The notes under the pieces were generated by a model. It ran no database searches. It was not told the DNA's origin and worked only from the letters and a program-made list of their open reading frames with translations. Made by a program: the position numbers and the translations under genes. A stretch of DNA of 64,000 nucleotides from an uncultured Acidobacteriota bacterium (GTDB taxonomy: Bacteria > Acidobacteriota > Thermoanaerobaculia > Gp7-AA8), in contig CAVUKB010000007.1 of assembly GCA_963741955.1 (NCBI GenBank), positions 1,120,001 through 1,184,000 on the forward strand, written 5' to 3'. Below are positions 27,441 through 37,979 of the stretch, one piece after another; the stretch's first letter is position 1, and every line of letters starts with the position of its first letter.

Positions 27441-29144
27441 ATGGCAGAGTTGTCGGGAATCGAACGCGAAACTCTGGAGATGGATGTGGTGATCGTCGGC
27501 GCGGGTCCGGCCGGACTCGCCGTTGCGCACCATCTCCGCAGTCTGATCAATCAACACGATCTGGCTCACCCCGATGCGACGCTCGGCGAGATCTCGATCG
27601 CGGTACTGGAGAAGGGGAAGGAGATCGGTTCCCACGGAATCTCCGGTGCAGTGCTCGATCCCCGCGCAATCCGCGAGCTGATTCCCGACTGGCTCGAGCG
27701 CGGTTGTCCGGTGGAAGCCGAAGTCGGCGACGACGGGATGTGGTTCATGTTCGAGAAATCGAAGATGGCCGCACCGATCCTCCCTCCGATGCTTCGCAAT
27801 CACGGGAACTACGTCGTCTCTCTCTCGGAGCTGGTGCGTTGGATGGGAGGGATCGTCGCCGACGAGGGCATCGACGTCTTTCCCGAGTTCCCTGCCTCGC
27901 GGGTTCTGGTCGAAGACGGACGGGTGGTCGGCGTCCGTACCGCGGACAAGGGGATCGACAAGAACGGGGAGCCGAAGGGCAACTACGAACCGGGTGTCGA
28001 CATCAGGGCGAAGCTGGTCATTCTCGCCGAAGGTCCGCGCGGGACGCTGACCAAGCAGCTCGCCGAGATCGATAATCTGTACGACGGAAAGAATCCGCAG
28101 GTCTACTCGCTCGGAGTGAAGGAACTGTGGGAGCTGCCCGACGACCGGTTTCCCGCCGGAAAGGTCATCCACACCATGGGATGGCCCCTCGACATGCAGA
28201 CGTTCGGCGGGGGATTCATCTACGGGATGAAGGACCGCGTCGTGGACCTCGGGCTGGTGGTGGGACTCGACTATCGCAACCCCACTCTCGATCCCCATCA
28301 CGAATTTCAGCGGTGGAAGCTGCATCCGGCCCTCCGGGAGATCCTGGCGGGAGGGAAGATGATCGCCGCCGGAGCAAAGGCGATCCCCGAGGGTGGCTAC
28401 TACTCGATGCCCCGGATGTACGGGGACGGATTCATGATCACCGGCGACTCGGCGGGCTACCTGAACGGAGCCCGGCTCAAGGGGATCCACCTCGCGATCA
28501 AGTCGGGGATGCTCTGCGCACAGACGGCGTTCGACGCGCTCTCGACCGGCGACTTCTCGGCCTCGACGCTCTCGGCGTACGAGAGGGACTTCGAAGCATC
28601 GTGGGCACGCCAGGAGTTGTACGGACAGCGCAACTTCCACCAGGGATTCGACCGGGGTCAGGTCATGGGAATGCTCAACACCGGTCTCGGGATGATCACC
28701 GGCGGGCGTGGATTCGGCTTCATGAACCGACTCGAAGGAAGGCACGGGCACGAGAGGATGGAGCGGATTCAGCGCTACTTCGGAACCGAGCACCCTCCTC
28801 AGCCGTCGAAGATGAAGTTCGACAACTCGTACACGTTCGACAAAGTGACCGACGTGTACTACGGCGGAGTGACCCACGAGGAGAATCAGCCGCCTCATCT
28901 GCTGATCCGGGACACGGAGGTCTGCATCACCCGATGTACGGAGGAATACGGCAATCCCTGCCTGCACTTCTGTCCGGCAGGAGTGTACGAACCGCGGGAG
29001 ACGCCGGATGGACGCGGGAAGGTCCCGTTCCTGAATTTCACCAACTGCTTCCACTGCAAGACGTGCGACATCGCGGACCCGTATCAGGTGATCACCTGGG
29101 TGCCGCCGGAGGGTGGTGGAGGTCCGGACTACAAGAAACTCTAG
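27441..29144 (+). CDS. ETF-ubiquinone oxidoreductase
   Basis: DVVIVGAGPAGL, ISGAV, GVKELW, KGIHLAIKSGM, CPAGVYE, NCFHCKTCDIADP, WVPPEGGGGP. Confidence 0.95.
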   Translation: MAELSGIERETLEMDVVIVGAGPAGLAVAHHLRSLINQHDLAHPDATLGEISIAVLEKGKEIGSHGISGAVLDPRAIRELIPDWLERGCPVEAEVGDDGMWFMFEKSKMAAPILPPMLRNHGNYVVSLSELVRWMGGIVADEGIDVFPEFPASRVLVEDGRVVGVRTADKGIDKNGEPKGNYEPGVDIRAKLVILAEGPRGTLTKQLAEIDNLYDGKNPQVYSLGVKELWELPDDRFPAGKVIHTMGWPLDMQTFGGGFIYGMKDRVVDLGLVVGLDYRNPTLDPHHEFQRWKLHPALREILAGGKMIAAGAKAIPEGGYYSMPRMYGDGFMITGDSAGYLNGARLKGIHLAIKSGMLCAQTAFDALSTGDFSASTLSAYERDFEASWARQELYGQRNFHQGFDRGQVMGMLNTGLGMITGGRGFGFMNRLEGRHGHERMERIQRYFGTEHPPQPSKMKFDNSYTFDKVTDVYYGGVTHEENQPPHLLIRDTEVCITRCTEEYGNPCLHFCPAGVYEPRETPDGRGKVPFLNFTNCFHCKTCDIADPYQVITWVPPEGGGGPDYKKL

Positions 29145-29232
29145 CGCCGGCGGAAACGGGACAATCGCGCAGACTCCTGACGACGACATCACGTCGGCTG
29201 GCGTCGATATGGCATTAGATGACTGGACGGCT

Positions 29233-30198
29233 ATGGCGATCGAACCGATGTCAACCGCGACTGGAAGCACCGATCTGATTCCGGCGCTCCAGGAGAATGT
29301 CGAGCGGGTGATCCGCGGGAAGTCCGAAGTCATCGAGCTCGCGATCGCGGCGATGCTGGCGCGCGGGCATCTGCTTCTGGAAGACGTCCCCGGGGTCGGC
29401 AAGACGACACTCGCTCAGGCTCTGGCGCGATCGATCTCTCTCGATTTCCAGCGCATTCAGTTCACCAGTGATCTCCTCCCTGCCGACATCGTCGGAGTCA
29501 CCATCTTCAATCAGGACCGGCAGGAGTTCGAATTCATCTCCGGGCCGATCTTCGCGAACGTTCTCCTGGCCGACGAGATCAACCGGGCCACGCCGAAGAC
29601 GCAGTCGGCGCTGCTCGAAGCGATGAACGAAGGAATGGTGACGATCGAGAAGACCCGTCTCGAGCTCCCCAATCCTTTTCTGGTGATCGCCACGCAGAAT
29701 CCGGTCGAGCACGTCGGGACGTATCCCCTTCCCGAGTCGCAGCTCGACCGTTTCATCATGAAGTTGACTCTCGGCTATCCCGGCGTCACGGACGAGAAAG
29801 CTCTGATCCTGGGAGGCGGCGGGCATGCTGCGCTCGAGCGGCTGGAGCCGGTGCTGACTGCAGCCGACCTCCGAAACATGCAGGCCCGGGTGGGAAGCAT
29901 CCACGCCAAGGATTCGATCGTCGATTACGTGATGGCGATCGTGCATGCCACCCGCAGTCATCCTCTGATCGCTCTCGGAGTCTCGACGCGAGGTGCGTTG
30001 ACTTACTTCCGGGCCTGTCAGGCGCTCGCCATGGTCAAGCGGCGCGACTACGTGATTCCGGACGACGTGAAGAATCTCGCCGTTCCGGTCCTCTCGCACC
30101 GGGTCGTCCTTCACGACCGGAGAATGACGCACGGCGATTTCGCCCCGGAGACCCGGGTGATCCAGCAGATCATCGAGACGGTGCCGGTCCCGAGGTGA
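29233..30198 (+). CDS. MoxR-family AAA+ ATPase
   Basis: GHLLLEDVPGVGKT, RIQFTSDLLPAD, LADEINRATPKTQSALLEAM, GTYPLPESQLDRF; start uncertain. Confidence 0.95.
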   Translation: MAIEPMSTATGSTDLIPALQENVERVIRGKSEVIELAIAAMLARGHLLLEDVPGVGKTTLAQALARSISLDFQRIQFTSDLLPADIVGVTIFNQDRQEFEFISGPIFANVLLADEINRATPKTQSALLEAMNEGMVTIEKTRLELPNPFLVIATQNPVEHVGTYPLPESQLDRFIMKLTLGYPGVTDEKALILGGGGHAALERLEPVLTAADLRNMQARVGSIHAKDSIVDYVMAIVHATRSHPLIALGVSTRGALTYFRACQALAMVKRRDYVIPDDVKNLAVPVLSHRVVLHDRRMTHGDFAPETRVIQQIIETVPVPR

Positions 30199-30202
30199 AC
30201 CG

Positions 30203-31198
30203 ATGCCCCGGCCGCTCGAGTTCCATGGCGTGGTCCGGTTGACATCGATCGGTGCCGGCTATCTCGCCTTCACGTTCGTGATCGGGTTTGCCGCGCTCAA
30301 CACCGGTAACAACGCCCTCTACATCGCGCTCTCGTTCATGCTCGGAGCGCTCATCGTATCGGGAGTCGCCTCCAAAGGAGCCCTGAAGCACCATTCGGTC
30401 TCTCTCGGCGGGGTGGGTGAGGCCTGGGCCGGCGAACCGGTGCATGCGAGATTGTGGCTCTCCAACCATTCGCGCTTCTGGGCCGTCCGTGACCTGGTGA
30501 TCGTCTCCCGGGAGATGGCGCGCCCCGTGATCGTCGCACGCCTCGGACGGCGATCGAAATCCGAGGTGGACGTCAGTTTTCTGTTTCAGCGCCGGGGCCG
30601 GATCGCATTCAAGACGATCGATCTCTATACCCGTTACCCGTTCGGTCTTTTCCTCAAGAAGAGGAAGGTCCATCTCGATGGCGAGGCGATCGTGTATCCG
30701 CGGCTGCTCGAAACGTCGGGTGAGATCTGGAGACACATGGAGACGCTCGGGGACAGCGTTCCGCAGCATCGTTCCGGCCAGAGCGGATCGGGAGTGTACG
30801 GCTACCGGGAGTACATGCGTGGCGACTCGTTGCGACGCATTCACTGGAAGCGCTCGGCGAGCCTCGGGCGCTGGATCATCAAACAGCCGGAACGGGAGGT
30901 GCGTCGCGCGATCGCGGTCGTCGTCGATCCGGTTCTTCCTCCGGGCCGGTCGGAAGAAGACTTCGAGGGGATGATCAGCGCCGCGGCGACTTACCTGCGT
31001 GACGCGCTCGCGACCGGATCGGAAGTCACCCTGCACGTCGGGTCGATGACGATCGAAGGGGCGGCGAGTGGATCGCAGAAGGCGATGTTCGAGGCTCTCG
31101 CGCTCGTCGAAGCGGTCAGGGATGCTCCGATGCCACTGCACGAGCGCGGAATGGCGTTCTTTTCCTTACGGCGGAGTGATGCAGCAAAAACGGCTTGA
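30203..31198 (+). CDS. DUF58-domain protein
   Basis: AALNTGNNALY, YPFGLF, VYP, REYMRGDSLRRIHWKRSA; moxR context. Confidence 0.9.
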   Translation: MPRPLEFHGVVRLTSIGAGYLAFTFVIGFAALNTGNNALYIALSFMLGALIVSGVASKGALKHHSVSLGGVGEAWAGEPVHARLWLSNHSRFWAVRDLVIVSREMARPVIVARLGRRSKSEVDVSFLFQRRGRIAFKTIDLYTRYPFGLFLKKRKVHLDGEAIVYPRLLETSGEIWRHMETLGDSVPQHRSGQSGSGVYGYREYMRGDSLRRIHWKRSASLGRWIIKQPEREVRRAIAVVVDPVLPPGRSEEDFEGMISAAATYLRDALATGSEVTLHVGSMTIEGAASGSQKAMFEALALVEAVRDAPMPLHERGMAFFSLRRSDAAKTA

Positions 31199-33140
31199 AC
31201 TGGAGTCGATCCTTCTGACTGCCCTGGCGGCGTTTCCGCTCTACTGGAGCGACCCGGTCTCCAGTGTGTCGGTCGGTCTGTTTCACTCGGCCATGGCGCT
31301 CATCGCGGCCTGGAAGATCGGAAACATCCGCTGGCTCGAAAGGCCAGGCGTTCTGCTGAAAATCGTCGCCGTCGGATATCTGATCTTCTTCCCGATCGAT
31401 GCTCTGGTCATCTCTCAGCGACTGATCACCGCGTCGCTGCATCTCCTTTTTTTCCTCGCGGCCTATCAGGCGGTCGATGCGGAGAGTGCCGGGCGCAGTG
31501 AAGGTCAGCGGCTGCTGGTGGCTTTCCTTCTCTTCATCACCAGTGTGGCCACTTCCACCGCACTCCCGATCGTCTTCTTCATCATCATCTTCGCCTTCCT
31601 CGCTTTCCGCCATCTCATCCGGCTGAGTCACAGGACGACGGTGGAACAGATCGGTATGGTCGACCGGGATCTGTCGACGTCGAGAATGGCCTTCGGCTTT
31701 CTCGCCGTCAGTGCAGTGGCGGGAATGCTCTTCTTTCCGCTTCTCCCGCGCGTGCGCAACCCGCTGATGCCGGGTCTGTCGAATCCCGCCGGCTCGGCCA
31801 GCACGGGAATCTCCGATTCGATCGACTTCAGCGTCGCACGGGAGATCTCGAGCGATTCGTCGGTCGTGGCGCGAGTCTGGATGTCACAGGACACCATCCC
31901 GTTCTTCACTCCTCTCCGGCTGCGGGGACGCGTCTACGACGAGGTGAGGGGGAACAAATGGCGCGCATCGAGGAGCCGCGGAGTGGTGCGGCAAATCGAC
32001 CGGAGCTCTTTTCAGATCGCACGACCAGTCGGCTTCCGGCGCGAGGTGACCATTCAGCAGCAGCTTCGTCACGGCGGGGGAGGAGCGCTCTTTCTGCCGG
32101 TCGGAACGTTCGAGGTGAGCGGCGTTCCCGACCTGACCCAGCACCGGAAAGGAGACTATCGAGTCCCGCCGTACACGCCGAATCCGGTCGACTATCAGGC
32201 ATCCATGAGCCGCGACGTCGTGGAGTTCGGCCCGCCGCCTTCGTTTCCCGACTATCCCGTCACTCCCGAGGAGGCGGTGATGGCGAAGCGAATCGTCGGC
32301 GATGCACGCACGGCGCGGGAGATCGGTGCGCGTATCGAAGCGTACATGTCGAGGAACTTCACCTATGTCCCCGATCCGGCGTCGATCGGTCGCCCGATCA
32401 GCGTGGAAGACTTTCTCCTCCGCGAGCGCCGTGGACATTGTGAGTACTTCGCGGCAGGGATGACCGTACTCGTCAGCTCGCTGGGCGTCCCGGCGCGGAT
32501 CGCCGGTGGATATTACGGCGGGGAGCTGAATCCTCTCACCGGATACTTCATCGTGCGGGAGAAAGATGCCCACGCATGGGTCGAGATCTACGACGGCCAG
32601 AAGTGGCTGACGTTCGATCCAACTCCTCCGTCGCTCCGTCCGGGAAACGCCAGCCGCGGGCTGGTTCAGGCCTACGCTTCGGCACTTGGGGAATCGGTCA
32701 ACTATTTCTGGGACCGGTACATCCTGACGTTCGGGCTCGCGGATCAGGTCGAGTTGTTCCGGCGGTTCCTCTGGCGGGGTCACGAGGCGATGAATCACCT
32801 CCGTGGGGCGCTGCGAAGCTGGCCGCGGTCGCTCCCGAGAACGAGAATCGCCATCATCCTGTCGATGGTGATTCTGGCGGCCATCTCGTGGCAGATCGCT
32901 CGACGGCTGCGCCGCTCGCTTTTCGATCGTCTCTCGGCGCGGCTGGTGCGCTTCGGAATCGAAGTGACTCCTTCCATGACCTCGGGGGAGATTCTGGAAC
33001 GAGTCCGTTCGCGCCGGCCCGATCTCACCGAGAGAATTCTCCCGATCGTCAGAGCGTACGAGCGTGAAGCGTTCTCCGAACGCTCCCTCTCCCGTGCCGA
33101 GAGACAGGACATCCTCAGGCGGCTCGCCGAGATCGGATGA
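31179..33140 (+). CDS. Membrane transglutaminase-like protein (TgpA/DUF3488 type)
   Basis: N-terminal TMs; RGHCEYFA, HAWVE, FDPTP catalytic triad motifs. Confidence 0.92.
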   Translation: MQQKRLELESILLTALAAFPLYWSDPVSSVSVGLFHSAMALIAAWKIGNIRWLERPGVLLKIVAVGYLIFFPIDALVISQRLITASLHLLFFLAAYQAVDAESAGRSEGQRLLVAFLLFITSVATSTALPIVFFIIIFAFLAFRHLIRLSHRTTVEQIGMVDRDLSTSRMAFGFLAVSAVAGMLFFPLLPRVRNPLMPGLSNPAGSASTGISDSIDFSVAREISSDSSVVARVWMSQDTIPFFTPLRLRGRVYDEVRGNKWRASRSRGVVRQIDRSSFQIARPVGFRREVTIQQQLRHGGGGALFLPVGTFEVSGVPDLTQHRKGDYRVPPYTPNPVDYQASMSRDVVEFGPPPSFPDYPVTPEEAVMAKRIVGDARTAREIGARIEAYMSRNFTYVPDPASIGRPISVEDFLLRERRGHCEYFAAGMTVLVSSLGVPARIAGGYYGGELNPLTGYFIVREKDAHAWVEIYDGQKWLTFDPTPPSLRPGNASRGLVQAYASALGESVNYFWDRYILTFGLADQVELFRRFLWRGHEAMNHLRGALRSWPRSLPRTRIAIILSMVILAAISWQIARRLRRSLFDRLSARLVRFGIEVTPSMTSGEILERVRSRRPDLTERILPIVRAYEREAFSERSLSRAERQDILRRLAEIG

Positions 33141-33177
33141 GACCGCGCGGTCGTTCGGGGAGGGAGAATCCGACCCC

Positions 33178-33888
33178 TCAAGCAAGGAGCGCGATCATCT
33201 GCCGCACCGCCTGCTCCATTCCAACCAGCGCTGCCCGCGCGATGATCGAGTGCCCGATGTTCAGCTCTTCGATCTCCGTGATGCGCGCGATCGGATGGAT
33301 GTTGCGGTAGGTGAGCCCATGTCCCCCGAAGACGCTCAGGCCGAGCTTCCTAGCCGCATGTGCAGCGTTCGAGACTTTTTCGAGCTCGCCCGGGGCGCCC
33401 GGCCCGCGCCAGCTGTCGGAGTACTTCCCGGTGTTGATCTCGATCCGCGGAGTGCCGATCTTGTGACACGCACGGATCTGCTCGAGATCGGGGTCGACGA
33501 AGAGCGAGACGTCGATGCCCGAGCCGAGGAGCTCCTTGACCACCTTCTGAACATTCCCTGCGTGGAGGACCACGTCGAGACCGCCTTCGGTGGTGAGCTC
33601 TTCACGACGCTCCGGAACGAGCGTCACCCGGTCCGGCTTGTACGATTGCGCGACCCGGACCATCTCCCTCGTGGCGGCCATTTCCACGTTCAAGTGCGTC
33701 GTCACCACGCGCCGGAGCACTTCGACGTCGCGATCCTGGATGTGCCGGCGGTCGGAGCGGAGGTGTACGGTGATGCCGCGAGCACCCGCGAGCTCGGCCA
33801 GAACGGCCGCGGCGACGGGGTCCGGCTCGTCTGCTTTCCGCGCCTGGCGGATGGTTGCGATGTGGTCGATGTTCACGGCGAGACGCAT
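33178..33888 (-). CDS. pdxJ: Pyridoxine 5'-phosphate synthase
   Basis: [41 protein letters not shown]. Confidence 0.97.
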   Translation of the reverse strand: MRLAVNIDHIATIRQARKADEPDPVAAAVLAELAGARGITVHLRSDRRHIQDRDVEVLRRVVTTHLNVEMAATREMVRVAQSYKPDRVTLVPERREELTTEGGLDVVLHAGNVQKVVKELLGSGIDVSLFVDPDLEQIRACHKIGTPRIEINTGKYSDSWRGPGAPGELEKVSNAAHAARKLGLSVFGGHGLTYRNIHPIARITEIEELNIGHSIIARAALVGMEQAVRQMIALLA

Positions 33889-34026
33889 GGCTAAAGAGTA
33901 GCAGAACCGAGCTCCCGAAGACGGGACGAATACCGCGCAGATCCGCGCAATGTTCACGAGCGGTTTTGCGTTCTACGAGGAGTTTCGCCCTCCCGGATTC
34001 CCGAATGGTGAGGGCACCTCGAAGCC

Positions 34027-35964
<1,938 letters not shown>

Positions 35965-36014
35965 GGACTCGAGACTCGTTGTCGTCATTGTCGACCGACC
36001 CGTTGTTCAGGCCA

Positions 36015-36125
36015 ACAGAATGTTCTTCTGTGTTCTGTATCATTTGCAGAATAATATTCTGTACTACTCAGTTATTGTAGATAGTTGTTCTTTATAGAGA
36101 CAACTAATCAGCATAAACTTCTCTT
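36015..36125. promoter_or_regulatory. AT-rich patch with two CAGAA-N5-TTCTG palindromes and a minus-strand sigma70-like promoter
   Basis: ACAGAAtgttcTTCTGT (36015-36031), GCAGAAtaataTTCTGT (36046-36062); TTGTCT-18-TACAAT on the minus strand (36103-36074). Confidence 0.5.
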
Positions 36126-36134
36126 CAGGATTCA

Positions 36135-36240
36135 CCCGATCCCCGACCCCAGCCCTGATCCCCGGCCCCGGGCCCCGATCCCTGATCCCTGATCCCTGAT
36201 CCCCGATCCCCGATCCCCGATCCCCGAGCCCCGAGCCTCG
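36135..36240. repeat. Heptamer tandem repeat array, unit CCCYGAT, about 15 degenerate units
   Basis: ...ccctgat ccctgat ccctgat ccccgat ccccgat ccccgat ccccgag ccccgag... read directly. Confidence 0.9.
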
Positions 36241-36260
36241 TTCTGTCATATCCTGTTCCC

Positions 36261-37502
36261 ATGAAGGCAGCGATCATCGCGGTCGGAACCGAGCTCCTCG
36301 GCTCCGACCGGACAGACACGAATTCTCTCCTCATCACCCGACTGCTCGAGAACTACGGAATCCCTCTCCGAAGGAAGAGTGTGGTGCCGGACGACCGGGA
36401 CGAGATCGGCGCCGAGCTGCTCTCCTCGCTCGAGCAGCACGAGATCGTCCTTCTCACCGGAGGGCTCGGACCGACCGACGACGACGTGACCAAAGAAGCG
36501 GTCGCCGCCGCCCTCGGGCTGACGCTCGTGGAGAACGAGTCCATCCGGGCGAGCATCGAAGCGCGTTTTGCATCGCGCGGGATGACGGCCCCCGAGGTGA
36601 ACCGGCGGCAGGCGATGGTGTTCGCCGGGCAGAAGATGGTCTTCAACGAACGGGGGACGGCGCCAGGATCCCACCTCACGATCTCGTTCCGCGGTTCCCA
36701 GCGGCACGTCTGGATCTTCCCGGGCGTGCCGAACGAGTTGAGGGGAATGCTCGAGCACGACCTGGAGCCCTGGCTGAAAGAGCTGCGCACCGACCGAGCA
36801 CGTTACCGACGGATCGTGAAGATCACCGGTCTTCCCGAGTCGCAGGTTGAAGAGTCGCTGGCGCCGTTTTACGCGGCACATCCCGGCGAGCCGCTGACGA
36901 TCCTCTGCTCACCGGGAGAGATCGAGATCCATCTCCGGGCGGACGGTTCGGCGGATGACGCGTATGATCAGCTCGTCTCGTTCGAAAAGGAGATTCGTGC
37001 GATCTTCAGCGATCGCATTTTCGGGTTGGACGAAGACCTTCTGGAGTCGGTCGTGGGGCGTCTCCTCTCTTCCCGCGGGGAGACGGTGGCCACCGCCGAG
37101 TCGTGCACCGGAGGTCTTCTCGCCTCGCGCATCACCGACATTCAAGGAAGCTCCGCGTATTTTCTCGGAGGCGTGGTGACGTACTCCCGAGACGCGAAGC
37201 TCTTTCTTCTCGGTGTGGATCCCGCCGACATCGACGCCGCAGGAGAAGTCTCCGAGCCGGTGGCGCGCGAGATGGCGATCGGCGCGAGGCGGCGCTTCGG
37301 TGCCGACTGGGGGATCGGAATCACCGGGATCGCAGGTCCGACCGGAGGAACGGTCGCGAAGCCGGTGGGAACAGTTCACATCGCGGTCTCCGGGAAACGC
37401 GCGTGCCGTCACCAGAAGATGCTCTTTCCGGGTGATCGCATCCTGGTCAAACGGTTGTCGACTCAGGTCGCGCTCGACATGCTGCGGGTGATGATGGGCT
37501 AA
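36261..37502 (+). CDS. cinA: CinA competence/damage-inducible protein (MoCF domain + PncC)
   Basis: IAVGTELL, TGGLGPTDDDVT, GTAPG, PGVP, TAESCTGG, GITGIAGP. Confidence 0.93.
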   Translation: MKAAIIAVGTELLGSDRTDTNSLLITRLLENYGIPLRRKSVVPDDRDEIGAELLSSLEQHEIVLLTGGLGPTDDDVTKEAVAAALGLTLVENESIRASIEARFASRGMTAPEVNRRQAMVFAGQKMVFNERGTAPGSHLTISFRGSQRHVWIFPGVPNELRGMLEHDLEPWLKELRTDRARYRRIVKITGLPESQVEESLAPFYAAHPGEPLTILCSPGEIEIHLRADGSADDAYDQLVSFEKEIRAIFSDRIFGLDEDLLESVVGRLLSSRGETVATAESCTGGLLASRITDIQGSSAYFLGGVVTYSRDAKLFLLGVDPADIDAAGEVSEPVAREMAIGARRRFGADWGIGITGIAGPTGGTVAKPVGTVHIAVSGKRACRHQKMLFPGDRILVKRLSTQVALDMLRVMMG

Positions 37503-37518
37503 CCCTGACCCTGGGCTA

Positions 37519-37697
37519 ACCCGCAGTTCTCACACCATCTCTGCTGCGGAGACGGATAGCGGCCTGTCAGCTGCGTTGCGCCCGGCTTCGGCTCCTCGAC
37601 ATAGTCACCACTATGCCTTCGTTGCCGAAGCCGGGCACGCCTTGTATCCAGGCCGCTCTCCGCCTCCTCGCGACGAGACGGTGTGAGAAATGCGGGC
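37519..37697. mobile_element. 179-bp MITE-like element, copy 2
   Basis: Same length as copy 1, about 15 substitutions by hand count, same TIRs; flanks TA / TG. Confidence 0.85.
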
Positions 37698-37748
37698 TGA
37701 GGACGTTTGGTTCCGAATTTGCCCCTTATGCGGTCGTTCCGCAAGAGC

Positions 37749-37764
37749 TGGCACACTCGTCGCT
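37749..37764 (+). promoter_or_regulatory. Sigma54 (-24/-12) promoter
   Basis: TGGCAC-actcg-TCGCT with GG at 37750-37751 and GC at 37762-37763, canonical spacing. Confidence 0.65.
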
Positions 37765-37790
37765 TTTCCCCCGGGCGGAAGGAGAAGCTC

Positions 37791-37940
37791 ATGGGTGGTT
37801 TACTCTGGACGATCATCATCGTCCTTTTCATTGCGTGGATCCTCGGCTTCGCCGTGTTTCACGTTACCAGCGGACTGATCCACATCCTGATCGTCATCGC
37901 AGTCATCGTACTGATCGTGAAGCTGGTAAGGAAGATCTGA
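37791..37940 (+). CDS. lmo0937/DUF5670-type small membrane protein
   Basis: LLWTIIIVLFIAWILGF...GLIHILIVIAVIVLI; AAGGAG SD. Confidence 0.88.
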   Translation: MGGLLWTIIIVLFIAWILGFAVFHVTSGLIHILIVIAVIVLIVKLVRKI

Positions 37941-37948
37941 GGAACAGG

Positions 37949-37975
37949 GTGGTGCGAGCGTTCAGCTCGCACCAC
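37949..37975. terminator. Hairpin between convergent genes
   Basis: Perfect 11-bp stem GTGGTGCGAGC / GCTCGCACCAC, loop GTTCA; no U-tract. Confidence 0.6.
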
Positions 37976-37979
37976 TCGC

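Noticed and set aside
29233-33140. moxR-DUF58-transglutaminase trio as a novel system
   Set aside because: This is a widespread, already described gene arrangement
36022-36035. GTTC direct repeat upstream of cinA as a LexA box
   Set aside because: The spacing is GTTC-N6-GTTC, whereas the alphaproteobacterial/Acidobacterium box is GTTC-N7-GTTC
36061-36133. AT-rich patch as dif or oriC
   Set aside because: Only one arm resembles a XerD site (TTATGCTGATT) and there is no XerC-like arm; there is no cluster of DnaA boxes and no origin-linked genes
36135-36240. Repeat array as CRISPR
   Set aside because: Contiguous 7-bp units with no spacers and no cas genes
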